A stretch of DNA of 63,083 nt, counting the filler, from Bipalium vagum (Eukaryota): the NCBI GenBank assembly GCA_037834085.1. It is 3 parts of 3 records of this genome, joined end to end, with 100 filler letters (N's around TTAATTAATTAA, not from the genome) between each part and the next. Parts side by side here need not be neighbours in the genome. Positions count along the whole stretch, not along the records: positions 29,435 to 47,028 come from JBBMKC010060039.1; positions 47,129 to 63,083 come from JBBMKC010136098.1; 1 more part is not named here. One strand, given 5' to 3'. Every line of letters begins with the position of its first letter. Positions within the stretch are counted from its first letter, which is position 1. The notes beneath the pieces were generated by a model. The model ran no database searches and was not told the DNA's origin. It saw only the letters and a program-made list of their open reading frames with translations. Position numbers and translations under genes: made by a program. Below are positions 44,896 to 59,200 of this stretch, one piece after another.

Positions 44896-45779
44896 TGTTT
44901 GACAGGAAACTCAAATGGTGACTTTTTACGTCCCTCAACAGATCTGTCTAATCAATTAAGCGATTTATCCAGCAAATCCTCACAATGAAGTCAGGTCCAA
45001 TTTTCCTTCACTAAACAAGGTAGGGATCAGCGAGATTATAACTGTGGAAAACAGATTGTTTATTATACTCACACATGACCATATGTTTTAAGGGCTCAGA
45101 AATAACAAACCCATTGTGATTATTGATTTTTGTCTAAACCTACACAACCCACCACACTGGCTTCCTGACACAACCAAAGATTAGCACAAATCTTGTTTCA
45201 GCACTATTTCTGTCCCAAAACCATTCCCGATAATTAATAAATATTAATTATTATTATACAAATAGTATTAGCACATATTTAATATATTATGTAAAATTTA
45301 TATTAAATTATGTATTATTAAAATCGTTTTTAAAAATATTATTTTTATATATTAATTTATTTTATTATTTTTTACATTAATAATATAAATAGTGGTGCCT
45401 TGAATATTCTCGCTGTTTTTAACGACTTCAAAACCGTGCCGAACAAAAGGGATTCGATAATTTCTGCACATAAGCAAGACAGGCAACATGTTTTATGTGT
45501 GCAGCCATCTATGATACACCCCTTTACATTGATGATAATCACAATTCGAGATCACATCACCAATAACCAACCATATTACACGTTCATATTACCAAATATT
45601 AACAACAGAGAAGGAGTCGGTTGATTTTGTTTCATAGGGGATCCATTTTCTAAGGCAATTTAGGACGTTACGAATAGTCTTCAGAGAACATTCAGACTTT
45701 TAGTCAAGTTCATGCGTAGATTCCTTTAACAAATCACAAGTTAAAGTCAAAGGTCAATGATCGCGTTCTAAATATTTAT

Positions 45780-46710
45780 GACATCGCCACCAAAACCATG
45801 CTATATGCATAATTAAAACAAAATGCAATCACTTTTGCGCACGATCTTGTTGAAACACCCATGGTCTTCCTGTGGCCACAGTCTCCATCCAAGGTTTTAC
45901 TGTAGTGATCAAAATATTCAAAAAAACCTCCTTGGTTATTGTTTGAACCTTCTGGAAACAGAATGGTGGCATAGTATAGGCTTCACTCGAAATCACATTA
46001 AGGATATGGATACTAGCTGAACATTTGGTCTTTTCTACTACAGGCACATCCTTGGGGCTTTGAACAAGTCACCGGTTATTCTGTTCACTTTTTCATTCAT
46101 AGTGAAAATCTTTTCATCTGAGAAAAAACGGATGCCGCTAAAAGCTTCGTCTTTCAGAGATTGAATAAGTAATTTGCACAGAAAAACTCTTTTTAGCTTT
46201 GTGGTCCCCGAGGACATCTGATGGACTTTCCAAGTGTAAGAGTTATGCCTTAGATCCTCCTCAGCCAAATGATGCATTATACTTTCACTCATTTCCAGGA
46301 TCGATGCCATTTTCCGCATTGATGTTCCTGGGTCCTCTCTTATCATATCGTTAGCTCTTGCAATAACTTGTACAGTCTTTTTTGTTTTCTGTCTGATTTG
46401 AGTCTTCCTTCATGGAGTGGCAGTGGGCTCCTCAGATTTTCTTGAGATCGTGAATCTCTGCCACAGCGTACATTGTTGATTTCGCGTATCCAAAAGATTT
46501 TAATATTTCAGCGGGGGTTCTTCCAGCATGAAGGCTGTTGTTGATGGCAGCTCTTTTATCATACTCATTCAGATTTGCCATTTTAAGCTAACTTCGATAT
46601 AATACATTAAAATTATCGATTTAAGCAAAAAATATGTAAACAATCCATGGCTTGTAATATAAGAGAAATCTCAATTTCAATTTTGTCCGTTTCTATCGCC
46701 ACACCCTGTA
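45780..46710 (-). mobile_element. Tc1/mariner-superfamily element, maT-like, 3'-truncated
   Basis: TAcagggtgtggc end; IREDPGTSMRKMA, FFSDEKIFT, VKPWMETVATGRPWVFQQD. Confidence 0.85.
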
Positions 46711-46984
46711 CAATTTTTAATCAATAAATATTTTTTAACATTAATAATTCAAATATTTTCTTTAAAAAGTTACCAGAAATGTCTTTTTATTCGTCCTTTA
46801 TGCATATAACACTGTAAATATATCAATAAACGGTGGTAGTCACTGGCAGTTACGTAAGGTAAAATATAGTCATTTTTCAGACAACGTGTTAATACAAATG
46901 TTTTTATAACATTTTGCGCTGTATTCATTAGAAATATTAAATTAATAATTATATTATTATTATTATTATTATTTATTATTATTA

Positions 46985-47028
<44 letters not shown>

Positions 47029-47128
47029 NNNNNNNNNNNNNNNNNNNNNNNNNNNNNNNNNNNNNNNNNNNNTTAATTAATTAANNNNNNNNNNNNNNNN
47101 NNNNNNNNNNNNNNNNNNNNNNNNNNNN
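47029..47128. other. artificial scaffold spacer N-TTAATTAATTAA-N
   Basis: Same structure as 29335-29434; flanked by (TAT)n. Confidence 0.92.
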
Positions 47129-47173
<45 letters not shown>

Positions 47174-47186
47174 AATTATTATTACA

Positions 47187-47277
47187 ATGCCATCGACATT
47201 ATATTATGCAATGTTTTCAACCTGGGTCCAAATCTGGATCTGGTTTTGCGTGTTTATTATGTTTAAAATGTCCGAGG
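47187..47277 (+). CDS. signal-peptide exon of the FN3-array gene
   Basis: MPSTLYYAMFSTWVQIWIWFCVFIMFKMSE, then a 23-nt GT-AG intron (47278-47300) in phase 1, matching FN3 unit 1. Confidence 0.7.
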
Positions 47278-50200
47278 GTTGATCTCTGTTCCGATTTCAG
47301 AGAGCGGGCCTGTATCATCAATGACATTTTCCAGTCTTTTTCCCACAACACCTTTATTAATTATATGGCAACCCCCCTTGGAACCGAACGGCGAAGTTGT
47401 TCGGTACTCAATCTCTGTCCACAATGTCTCCGACCACTGGTGCTTATTTAAACTGTTCGTGGACTGCGTCGATTGCTCAAACAACGTGAGACCCTTCCAA
47501 CTATGCTTGGTATTGTCTATACTTAACATACCCCTTCAGATATTGTCTTTGATCCTTCCAAATAATATCACTGCCTCCTGTCGAGAGATATTGAAGAACT
47601 CAAATGTATTCACCAAGACAAACTCGTCGTTTTCCATCGTCATTGATGATCCTTTGATTCGACCCTATGTGGAGTACGAGATCGTGGTTGTACCTCTGAA
47701 TGGGTTTGGATGGGGTAATGAGACCAAATTGATGAACAGGACCTCTCAATATGGTTAGTGCTGTCATTCTCTCATTTCGATTATAGATAAAAATAAATTA
47801 ATCTTTTCTTCTTACTTTTATGATGTCCTTCTTGTTTAAGTAAGTGGACCAGTATCATTTTTANNNNNNNNNNNNNNNNNNNNNNNNNNNNNNNNNNNNN
47901 NNNNNNNNNNNNNNNNNNNNNNNNNNNNNNNNNNNNNNNNNNNNNNNNNNNNNNNNNNNNNNNACTCTGTCCAGCTTTTTTCCGTCAAAGCCTCTTTCAG
48001 TTGAGTGGAAACCCCCTTTGGAACCGAATGGGGAAGTGGTTCGGTACTCGATTTCTGTCCACAATGTCTCCGATCACTCGTGCTTATTGAAAATGTTCGT
48101 AGACTGCACCGATTGCTCAAACAACGTGAGACCCTTCCAGCTATGCTTGGTATTGCCTTTACTTACCATATCTCTTCAGATATCGTCTTTGGTCTTTCCA
48201 AATAATATCAATGCTTCCTGTAGAGAGATGTTAAAGAACTCAAACGTGTTCTCCAAGACGAATTCATCATTTTCCATCGTCATTATTGATACTTTGATTC
48301 GACCCTATGTGGAGTACGAAATCGTGGTTGTACCTATGAACGGGTTTGGGTGGGGTAAGGAGACCGAAGTGACGAAGAGGACCTCTCAATATGGTTAGTG
48401 CTGTCATTCTTTCATTTCGTTTAAAGACAAAACAAATAAATCTTTTTTCTGTTTCATTTTGCTTTTCTTCTTTAATTTCAAAAATGGCAGACCGTTTTGT
48501 TCTGTCAAAGTCTCAATTTTTAATCTGAAATAATTTTATTTATTTATTTATTCCTTTTTATTATTGGACTGACATTAAGGGTAAATGAAAATTGTGTTTC
48601 GAAATAGGTCTGTTCGTTGTGGAGAATGAAATGAATTCGTTGCTGGCTTAAATGGACAATTTATTTTTGTGTCTCGCGGGAAATAGTTTTGATTAAATAA
48701 TCAATTTTTCATTGAATATGCATAAATAAATCAATATCGAAGATATTTATGTTCATTTCCAACAGGTTTGTTTTTTGTACTACTGTAAGAGAGGTGGAAG
48801 CGAGCTGGTGGTGCGGAGAAAACACTTGGTCATGTGTGTGTGTGTGTGTGTGTATTTGTCGGGGAAGGAAGTGGCGCGCTTTCAGATCGTTTGTGCTAGA
48901 ATTGTTGTTCAAAATTCCGCACTGGATATTTTAATGTAAACCTATCGCACTTCTCCCTTCATCATGGCGGTCAAGATTCAAAGTCGGTTAATCATCTGAA
49001 AGCATCGTTGATCAGATCTTCGAGATGAACTCGACTTTGGTAGATCATCAAGATCGAAATTGTTTCCTCTAAAGAGAACGAACCATTCGTGAACTGATCT
49101 TTCTGATACATTATTTTTCAATAGTGCACCGATATTTTGGGCGGTCTCCCAGCATTTGGTCCGTAACGAAATTCATAGAACATCACATTTCTGATGTTGG
49201 TGGAGGAATCACGTGAAGAAAGGGTCTTAAAATCCATCTGTTAGTTGAAATAATATTTCTTAAGATTCTAAAACAAAAACCATGGCAGGATTTATTGATT
49301 AATTTATCAAATTATCAAAAGATTTGTACAGATGGTACAATAATCAAATTGATTTAATATTGAAATAAACCAATGGAGACATTTCCACCAATGCAATGAA
49401 TCGCGGTCCCGGTCTTCGTGAGTCTAAAATAAGGGAACACCCAATGCAATCTGCGATTCACTTCAGAAACATGGAAAACCAGTCTATTTTTGATATAATT
49501 TGCGTTTGATAACAGGATAATACTCAACACATGATGGGGAGCATGGCCACGATCCATGGCAAACAACGTCAAAGCCAGGATTGTTCCAATGAAATTATTG
49601 CTTTCAAATTAGTGGGATTTTAAAGGTGTCCTCTTCTATGATGAGGTGCTTCTAGCATCTGGTACAAGAATTGTTTCTGATCTGTAATGGTTGCCATTAA
49701 CAAAATGGACCTTAGTAATCCAAGATAAACGCCAGAAAATGCAAAATTGCCAACTGGTATATTTTCAGTTCGACAGGGCTAGACTCCATAGCCCTTGTTC
49801 ATCCGGAACGAACTATGGAATCTGTCTGGCATTTATTGCTTCATATCCCTTGATCATCGGACTTGGGTCTTATCGACGCTGCGACAACCTTTCAACGGGA
49901 AATCTTTCAGGGACGGTGAGTCACTGTAAAGTCTCCTCAACTCATTTTTATAAAAGAAACCCTAAGAGTTCTACGAACCATTCTATGATAGTTAGAAGGA
50001 CAAAATGCACAATTAATTCTTGAATTATTAATCTGAATGGACATTCCATAATTCATTAAATTTTTTTGTCAAAAAATGTTTTCCCAGTTTTATCTTTTTA
50101 TTCAAAACCGAACTCACCAACCAAATTTTTAAAATAATTCTGAGTTTATTTTGAAGCTAGTGGACCCGTGTCGACCATAACAGCTTCCAGCTCCTTTCCA

Positions 50201-53200
50201 ACAAAACCTCTTTCACTAGAATGGGCACCGCCCTTGGAACCAAACGGCGAAGTTGTTCGGTACTCAATCTCTGTCCACAATGTCTCCGACCACTCATGCT
50301 TATTGAAACTGTTTGTGGACTGCACCGATTGCTCAAACAACGTGAGACCCTTCAAACAATGCTTGGTATTGCTTTCTTACCATACCACTTCAGATATCAT
50401 CCTTGATCCCTCCACATAATATCACTGCCTCGTGTAAAGAGATATTTAAGAACTCGAACGTATTTTTCAAGACAAACTCGTCGTTTTCAATCGTCATTAA
50501 TGATCCTGTGATCAGAGCCTACATGGAGTACGAAATCGTGGTTGTACCTCTGAACGGTTTTGGATGGGGTACCGAGACCAAACTGACGAAGGGGACTTCT
50601 CAATATAGTTAGTGCTATTATTCTCTCATTCTGATTAAAGATAAAATAAATAAATCTTTTCTCTTTTTCATTTTACTTTTCCTCTCTCAATTTTCTCCAT
50701 CGATTTCTGAATCTTTTTATTCAAAATAAATAAATAAAATTATTTCAGAGTAAAAACAAATAAATTAAAAATTTTCCAATTTCTGTCGACTTCTTCTGTG
50801 ATGTTTTGTTATTTCAAGTTAGTGGACCCGTGTCGTCCTTAACCACATCCAGCTCTTTTCCGTCAAAGCCTCTCTCAGTTGAGTGGACACCACCTTTAAA
50901 ACCAAACGGAGAAGTGGTTCGGTACTCAATCTCTGTCCACAATGTCTCAGACCATACATGCTTATTAAAAATGCTCGTGGACTGTGTGGATTGCTCAAAC
51001 AATGTGAGATACTTTAAACAGTGGTTGGTATTTCTTATACTTACCATAACCCTTCAGATATCGTCATTGGTCCTGCCAGGTAATAACACTGCCTCGTGTC
51101 CAGAAATGTACAAGAACTCCAATGTATTCTCCAAGACGAATTCGTCATTCTCCGTCATTATTAAAGATCCTTCGATTAGACCCTACCTTGAATATGAAAT
51201 TGTGGTTGTACCTCTGAACGGATTTGGATGGGGTAATGATACCACAGTTGTCAGGAGGACGGCTCAGTACAGTGAGTCTTATGATGTTTAAATCGAAAAG
51301 AAGGGATCTCCTGAATAAAATTCATTTCTTTTTAAATATCGTTTATTTATTTTTTGTTAAGTTGGAGATAAAAATATTATTTTAATTTTTCTTAAAATAT
51401 TTTTAAAATTGATTTATTAAAACAAAAAAAAATTGGAAAACATTCAATAACTTTTAAAGCAGCGATCCAAAGGGTTGATGATGAATATTATTAAGTCTGA
51501 AAAGACTTGTCAGCTTCGACAGAGCTCAATTCTACGGGAAAGATTTACTCTTCATAAATCGTTATTTGAAAATTGCCAATCATCTCAAAGTAATAATTAA
51601 GACAAGTGCAAAGGAGATAATTAAATGTCAACCAATATCTGTCAATTGTTAAAGAATCTCACAAGACTGATCTCCCACTCGAAAGGTCGAACTGTGATTG
51701 GATAGAGATCAAAATCGATATATGGGAAACAATTTCCACGCCCACGCAGTCTATTTTTGAGTCTGAAAGTGCTACGACGGAAGAACGAACAATTTTGACA
51801 CAGGCTGAACTTTATGCGTTATTTTGAATTCGACAGTTCTTTTAATCACCATCACAAGTACATGAAAATGTCAACAAGGGTCTCACTGACCGTATGTAAT
51901 CAAAACCAATAAGGTTTCATCATCACCTCGTGGTCTGTGGTGTTTGACTTTGCTCTGTAAATATTTTTCCGGCATCGGCACTGAAGACCTTTGATCCTAT
52001 TGCAAAACTTTTAATGAGCAACAGATTTTGATGATCAAGATTGTCAGTGAAGGGTTTCCTTTTGAATATTATAGCGTCAACAGCGGTTGAACTATACCAA
52101 GTTCTGTCTTGAGATTTTCAAATCGAAAAATCTTCTTCTGACGCTTGTCAACGACATCCGTGCCACCATTGGACGTTGAGAGATTGGTAGACATTTTATG
52201 TGAACAAACATAGCTTAGGCTTTTGGTTAAGGAGTTAGTGTCAGTATAAGGATGGTATGTTGAAGATAAGCAAATCTTTAAAGGTTTGTTAAAGAAAGAA
52301 GACGTTATCAAAGTTCTGAAGTTCAGATAGTAAATTTTCTGTAGAGAAAATGGTTAATTAATTCATTGGTACGCTTTGGTTGAATGCCGAAGACTCGTGG
52401 GATCTTAATTAGTTTGTGTATTGGACGACAAATCTGAGAATAAAAGGATAAAAGGAGGAAGATAAGAAGGGCTGAAAAATCATGAAAAAATACATAGGCT
52501 GTCCATTTGGACGGATCTTACTTAGGGCAATAGAAAGTAAGACTGGAATACCAGAACGACTAGAAGAACAGCAAGCTTTAAGAAATAGTAAGGAAAACCA
52601 ACCATAAAAAATTACCTAAAAATCAGAGGACCATCTAAAAGAAAGAGATATCTTTATCGTTTAAAAGAGAAAGGTTCAGCATGGTGTACACGAAATAAGT
52701 TTAGCAAAGCAAGATTTATATTGAAATATACAAACACCCCAGGATAAGGTCGCCGAGTATGATTTTGACAAAATGATGGAATTCACCTGACCACATGAAA
52801 AGGGAGGAAAGGATTTTCTTTTATTAAAAAAAATTTCTTTGTCATCTTTCTTTTCTTTTAGTAAGTGGACCCGTGTCCTCTTTGACTTCTTCCAGCACAT
52901 TTCCAGCAAAGCCTCTTTCAGTTGTCTGGACACCACCTTTGGAACCAAATGGCGAAGTATTTCAGTATTCAATTTCTGTCCACAATGTCTCCGATCACTC
53001 TTGCTTATTGAAACTGTTCGTGGAATGTACCGATTGTTCAAACAACGTGAGACCCTTCCAAATATCTTTCGTAATACTTATACCGATCATACTCCTTCAG
53101 ATATCGTCTTTGGTCTTTCCAAATTATATCAATGCTTCATGTCGAGAGATATTTAAGAACTCGAAAGTATTCTCCAAGGCCAATTCATCGTTTTCCATCG

Positions 53201-56200
53201 TCATTAATGATCCTTTGATCCGACCCTATGTAGAGTACGAAATCGTGGTTGTACCTCTGAACGGGTTTGGATGGGGCAACGAGACCAAAGTGACAAAGAG
53301 GACCTCTCAATATGGTTAGTGCTGTCGTTGTCTCATTCCGATTAAAGAAAATACAAATCTTTTCTTACTTCTTTTGTGATGTTTTTGTTATTTCAAGTAA
53401 GTGGACCCGTGTCACCCTTAACACTGACCAGCTCTTTTCCGTCAAAGCCTCTCTCAGTCGTATGGACACCGCCTTATGAACCGAACGGGGAAGTGGTCCG
53501 ATACTCTATTTCTGTCCACAATGTATCCGACCACTCGTGCTTATTGAAACTGTTCGTGGATTGCGCTGATTGTGCAAACAACGTGAGACTAATGGTGCTA
53601 TCTGTAACATGCTTTTATCTTGAACATCCTCTCTCAGATATCGTCTTTGGTCTCACCACATAATGAAACTGCCACATGTCTGGAAATAAAAACGAGTTCC
53701 AACTGGTTTTCAAAGACGAACTCGTCTTTCTCGGTTGTCATTAAAGATGCTCCCATCAGACCCTACACTAGCTACACAATCGCTCTCATTCCTTTGAACG
53801 GGTTTGGATGGGGTAACGAAAGCCGTGCAGATCTCAGGACTGACCAATATTGTGAGTTTTATCATTTGTTGCGACCTCACCATTTTCCCCTCCCCGAGGA
53901 CAGCGTGATATCGCTTGGCAATATTTTGTTTTTACCTTTTTATTTTTGCTCAAGGTCAAATGGGAACGAATTCTTCCAAGATTAAGAAAATTGGCAAGAG
54001 GGATTCGCGGTACCCTTTTAATTCTTCATTATCTTTCTTTTCTCTTCCAACAGAATATTCAGGCCAGAATCGTCGATATTGTCACTCGCAATGTTTATAT
54101 GGTGGGAAACCATAGCAACGCCTCTATCAGAAATTTATTATTGTTTTTTCTTCCTTCTTCATAAAAATTCCGTTCACACTGAATACGCCCTTTGCCTTTT
54201 GTCCTTTTTTAACCTCTTTCCTCGCATTGTTTCGATAATTATTTTGGAGAAAAGATATTATTATCATTATTTTATTTATTTATTATATAACGTAATATAA
54301 TCTTTTAAATTTGAAGATTTGTTTAAATTAATTAATTTAATCATTAAAAATATCGATCGAGTCGTTATTCTCAAAAAGTGATTTGACCTTGATGGTGTGG
54401 TGGAATGTATTTTGTGGTCATCCGGAAAATCCTGTCGATTTTGACCGAGAACATCAAAGAAAACGTTCATCAGTCTCTAACGCTTTTATATAACAAAATA
54501 TTCACCATTCTAGTCATTTATCCTTCGTCATGGGATTGGTAGTTGAGAAATCCCTCTCTGTATGAAATCTGAAGGCTTATTGGAGATGACGTCATCAAAG
54601 CTCTTCTTAGTGGGTTCCAATAAATCAAACCTCTATTCTTAATGAATTTTTGAGAAATAAGAAGAAATTGTAATCCGCGTTGCCAAAGTCATTGTAACCT
54701 ACAGTTTCGTATTACTATTATTATTATTATTAATTTGTAAGACAACAATCTTCCGTGTACTCAATTCTGGTCGTTTGTTTCCATATTTACCGTATGGTCT
54801 CCTCGTTGAGAACAATATGTTTCGGAATTGGTTTTCATTTTTGGACATCAACTTATAAACCCACCATACCTAGATCAATGCTTCTCGTCGACAAAGTCCA
54901 GTCTTTGGCATATATAAAGAGGTTTCACCTGCTTTACTCCAAAACATCGTCAAATTGGATCCATTTCTCAACTAACATTATAATCTGGTTTTAATAAGAA
55001 GAAACTTATTTCTTTTCAGTAAAAAAGAACTCGAAAAATTCGTTTCTTTCTGGAAAGTTTTTGTTAGTCTAAATATCGTATTGGCTGACGAATCCTAATT
55101 TCTGTTTATGATCGCGAATGGTGCTCTGGGGCAATTGGTTCTGCAATTCTGAAACATTCAGGATTCTGGTCTAGAATATTTTGGAAGATATCATTACGAT
55201 CATATGAGTGTCAAGGATTAGCAGTACCATCCCGATTGAAATTCTGCCGTTTGGGAAACAAGTAATGACACTTTCTTTATCCATTGGCCAAGGCATCATA
55301 GGTTTTGGTAATTACAGTTTTCTTCCTCAGACTAGGGAGAAAAACAAATTAAGGGTGCTTTAGTCAGATTTTGATGAAGTGGCCTACCAACCTATCCATC
55401 CTACCATCACTCCACCTGACAATCCAATCACCTCAAAGTGGAAAGGAAAGGGAAAGGCTATAGAATTTAAATTGACCGACCACTCCGCGCGTATGACATA
55501 AACTAGAAAACCAATCACAAAATCATGTTCGGTTCTTCTGACCCCACAAAACGTCGTTTTTCACAATATTAAAACAGATTGAAAAATTATTTGGAACTTT
55601 ATCTACATCTTGTTTTGTGAACTCTTACCTTCTTTCAGTTAGTGGACCCGTGTCGTCCTTTACCGCATCCAGTTCTTTTCCGTCAAAGCCTCTCTCAGTT
55701 CAGTGGACACCACCTTTCGAACCAAACGGGGAAGTGGTTCGGTATTCGATTTCTGTCCACAATGTCTCCGACCACTCGTGCTTATTGAAAATGTTCGTGG
55801 ACTGCGTCGATTGCTCAAACAATGTGAGACTCTTTAAACAGTGATTGATATTGCTTATACTTACTATAACCCTTCAGATATCGTCTTTGGTCCGGCAAGG
55901 TAATAGCACTGCCTCATGTCCTGAAATTTACAAGAACTCCAATGGATTCTCCAAGACGAACTCATCATTTTCCATTGTCATTAATGATCCTTTGGTTCGA
56001 CCCTATGAGGAGTACGAAATCGTGGTTGTACCTCTAAACGGATTTGGATGGGGTAATGAGACCAAAGTGACGAAGAGGACCTCTCAATATCGTTAGTGCT
56101 GTCATTTTCTCATTCTCATTAAAGACAAAACAAACAAATATTTTCTTCTTACTTCTTTTATGATGTTCATGTTTTTTAAGAAAGTGGACCAGTATCATCT

Positions 56201-59200
56201 TTAACTCTGTCCAGCTTTTTTCCGTCAAAGCCTCTTTCAGTTGAGTGGACACCCCCTCTGCAACCAAACGGGGAAGTGGTTCGGTACTCGATTTCGGTCC
56301 ACAATGTTTCCGACCATTCGTGCTTATTGAAAATGTTTGTAGACTGCACCGATTGCTCAAACAACGTGAGACCCTTCAACCAATGCTTGATATTGCTTTC
56401 TTACCATACCCTTTCAGATATCGTTTTTGGTCTTTCCAAATAATATCAATGCTTCCTGTCAAGAGATATTTCAGAATTCCACGGCATTCTCCAAGACGAA
56501 CTTATTTTTTTCTATCGTTATTAACGATCCTTTGGTTCGACCCTATGTGGAGTACGAAATCGTGGTTGTACCTCTGAATGGGTTTGGGTGGGGTAACGAG
56601 ACCAAAGTGACAAAGAGGACCTCTCAATATGGTTAGTGCTGTCATTCTCTTATTCCGATTAAAGATAAAACAAATCTCTTCTCTTTTTCCTCTTACTCTT
56701 CTTCTCTTAATCTTCTTCATCGTTTTCAGAGTGTTTTTACTCTGAAATAATTTTATTTATTTTTTTATTTCGAATTAATTTTGGGTCTTTTTTATGAATA
56801 AAAATAAATTAAAATTTTTCTCATTTCTGTCGACTTTTTCATGATGTTTTGTTTTTTTAAGTAAGTGGACCCGTGTCGTCCTTAACCCTTTCCAGCTCTT
56901 TTCCGTCAAAACCTCTCTCAGTTGGATGGACACCCCCCTTGGAACCGAACGGAGAAGTGGTTCGGTACTCAATTTCCGTCTACAATGCCTCCGACCACTC
57001 GTGTTTATTGAAAATTTTCGTGGACTGCACTGATTGTTCAAACAACGTAAGAATCTTCAAACTATGCTTAGTGTAGTTAACACTGACCATACCTCTTTAG
57101 ATATCTTCATTGGCCTCTTCTAATTATAACTCCTCAACATGCCATTCAATAAATAATAGCTCGAACGTATTTTCCAAGAGAAACTCATCGTTTTCCATCG
57201 TCATTAATGATCCTTTGATCCGACCATATGTGGAGTACGAGATCGTGGTTGTACCTCTGAACGGGTTTGGATGGGGTAATGAAACAAAAGTGACGAAGAT
57301 TACCTCTCAATATGGTTAGTGCTGTCATTCTCTCATTTCGATTATAGATAAAAATAAATGAATCTTTTCTTCTTACTTTTATGATGTCCTTCTTGTTTAA
57401 GTAAGTGGACCAGTATCATCTTTAACTCTGTCCAGCTTTTTTCCGTCAAAGCCTCTTTCAGTTGAGTGGAAACCCCCTTTGGAACCGAATGGGGAAGTGG
57501 TACGGTACTCGATTTCTGTCCACAATGTCATCAACCATTCATGCTTATTGAAAATGTTCGTAGACTGCACCGATTGCTCAAACAACGTGAGACCCTTCCA
57601 GTTATGCTTGGTATTGCCTTTACTTATCATACCCCTTCAGATATCGTCTTTGGTCTTTCCAAATAATATCAATGCTTCCTGTCGAGAGATGTTAAAGAAC
57701 TCCAACATGTTCTCCAAGACGAACGCATCGTTTTCCATCGTCATTAATGATCCTGTGATCAGAGCCTACATGGAGTACGAAATCGTGGTTGTACCTCTGA
57801 ACGGATTTGGATGGGGTAATGAGACCAAAGTGACGAAGATTACCTCTCAATATGGTTAGTGGTTTCATTCTCATCAAAATTAAAAATAAATATATCTTTT
57901 CTTCTTACTTTTGTGATTTTTTTATTGTTTAAAGTAAGTGGACCTGTGTCGTACATAACCGCTTCCAGCTCTTTTCCATCAAAGCCTCTGTCAGTTTTAT
58001 GGACACCCACCTTGGAACCAAACGGGGAAGTGGTTCGGTACTCAATTTCTGTCCACAATGTCTCCGATCACTCGTGCTTATTGAACCTGATCGTGGATTG
58101 CTCTGATTGTTCAAACAACGTAAGACTTTTCAAACTATTCTTAGTGTATTTAACACTGACCATACCCCTTTAGATATCCTCATTTGCTCCTAATTATAAT
58201 TCCTCAACATGTCATTCAATGTATAATAGCTCCACCATATTCTCCAAGTCGAATTCATCCTTTTCCATTGTCATTAATGATGCTGCAATCAGACCTTATG
58301 TAAACTACGAAGTCGTTGTTGTACCTTTGAACGGGTTTGGGTGGGGTAATGGAAGCCAGATTGTCTTCAGAACGAATCAGTACAGTAAGTTATCTAATTT
58401 GAACTAAATATAACCTTACTAATATAATGATAATGATAATAATATTTTTCAATTTTATTGTTCTTTATTTCTAAAGGATTGTCATCAGAAAATTACGTCA
58501 TTTCCTTACCGGAATTTAACAAGTGAACAATTTCGATCTGACCTTTGTTTTGTTTAACTGAGAAAATAATAAATCGACGAATACTTGTCTGACGAGATGA
58601 CCTTGTAAAAACTGGATATAAATATTCGATCGATTTAAACAAAAATGGTTATGTAAGAAGTAAAACAAGAATTTGACATGTCAAAGGATTGTTTGACTTT
58701 CAATTTTTCCCATACATTCGAACGAAAATCGAAAATTACTTTACATCGGTCCATTTACCTACTTATACATATATGATATTTAATGACCTTCAAAATGACC
58801 AATAACCCATTTAGTTCAAATGTTTTACCACATAATAAATTACTTTGGAATAGTTAAACAAAAGACCGAATGGCATATGACTCACCCTGATATTACTAAT
58901 TTTCTCTTTTTTAACCTATCCTAATTCTGTCAAAATCGACTTTCAGATGTCTAAGGACTTTCACCTTTCCCTTTTCAAACCCGTCTCCTTGTTTAAAAGC
59001 TTTAAAATATTTCCGACTTTCACTTTGGTCCTAGGGACGTTTAAAAGCAGTCATAAGAATAGGAAGGACTACTTACCCTTTAAGTCTACCAGAAAAATTC
59101 TGATATCTAATTGAAGATTTCTACTTGAACCAACGTAAACAATATGAATACCTAAGAATGGGTTTCTTGAGATAAGACTGAATTTCGTTGAAGTAGGGGG

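Noticed and set aside
44895-47187. Apparent head-to-head pair of the MANSC-like gene and the FN3-array gene
   Set aside because: They are separated by the artificial spacer at 47029-47128
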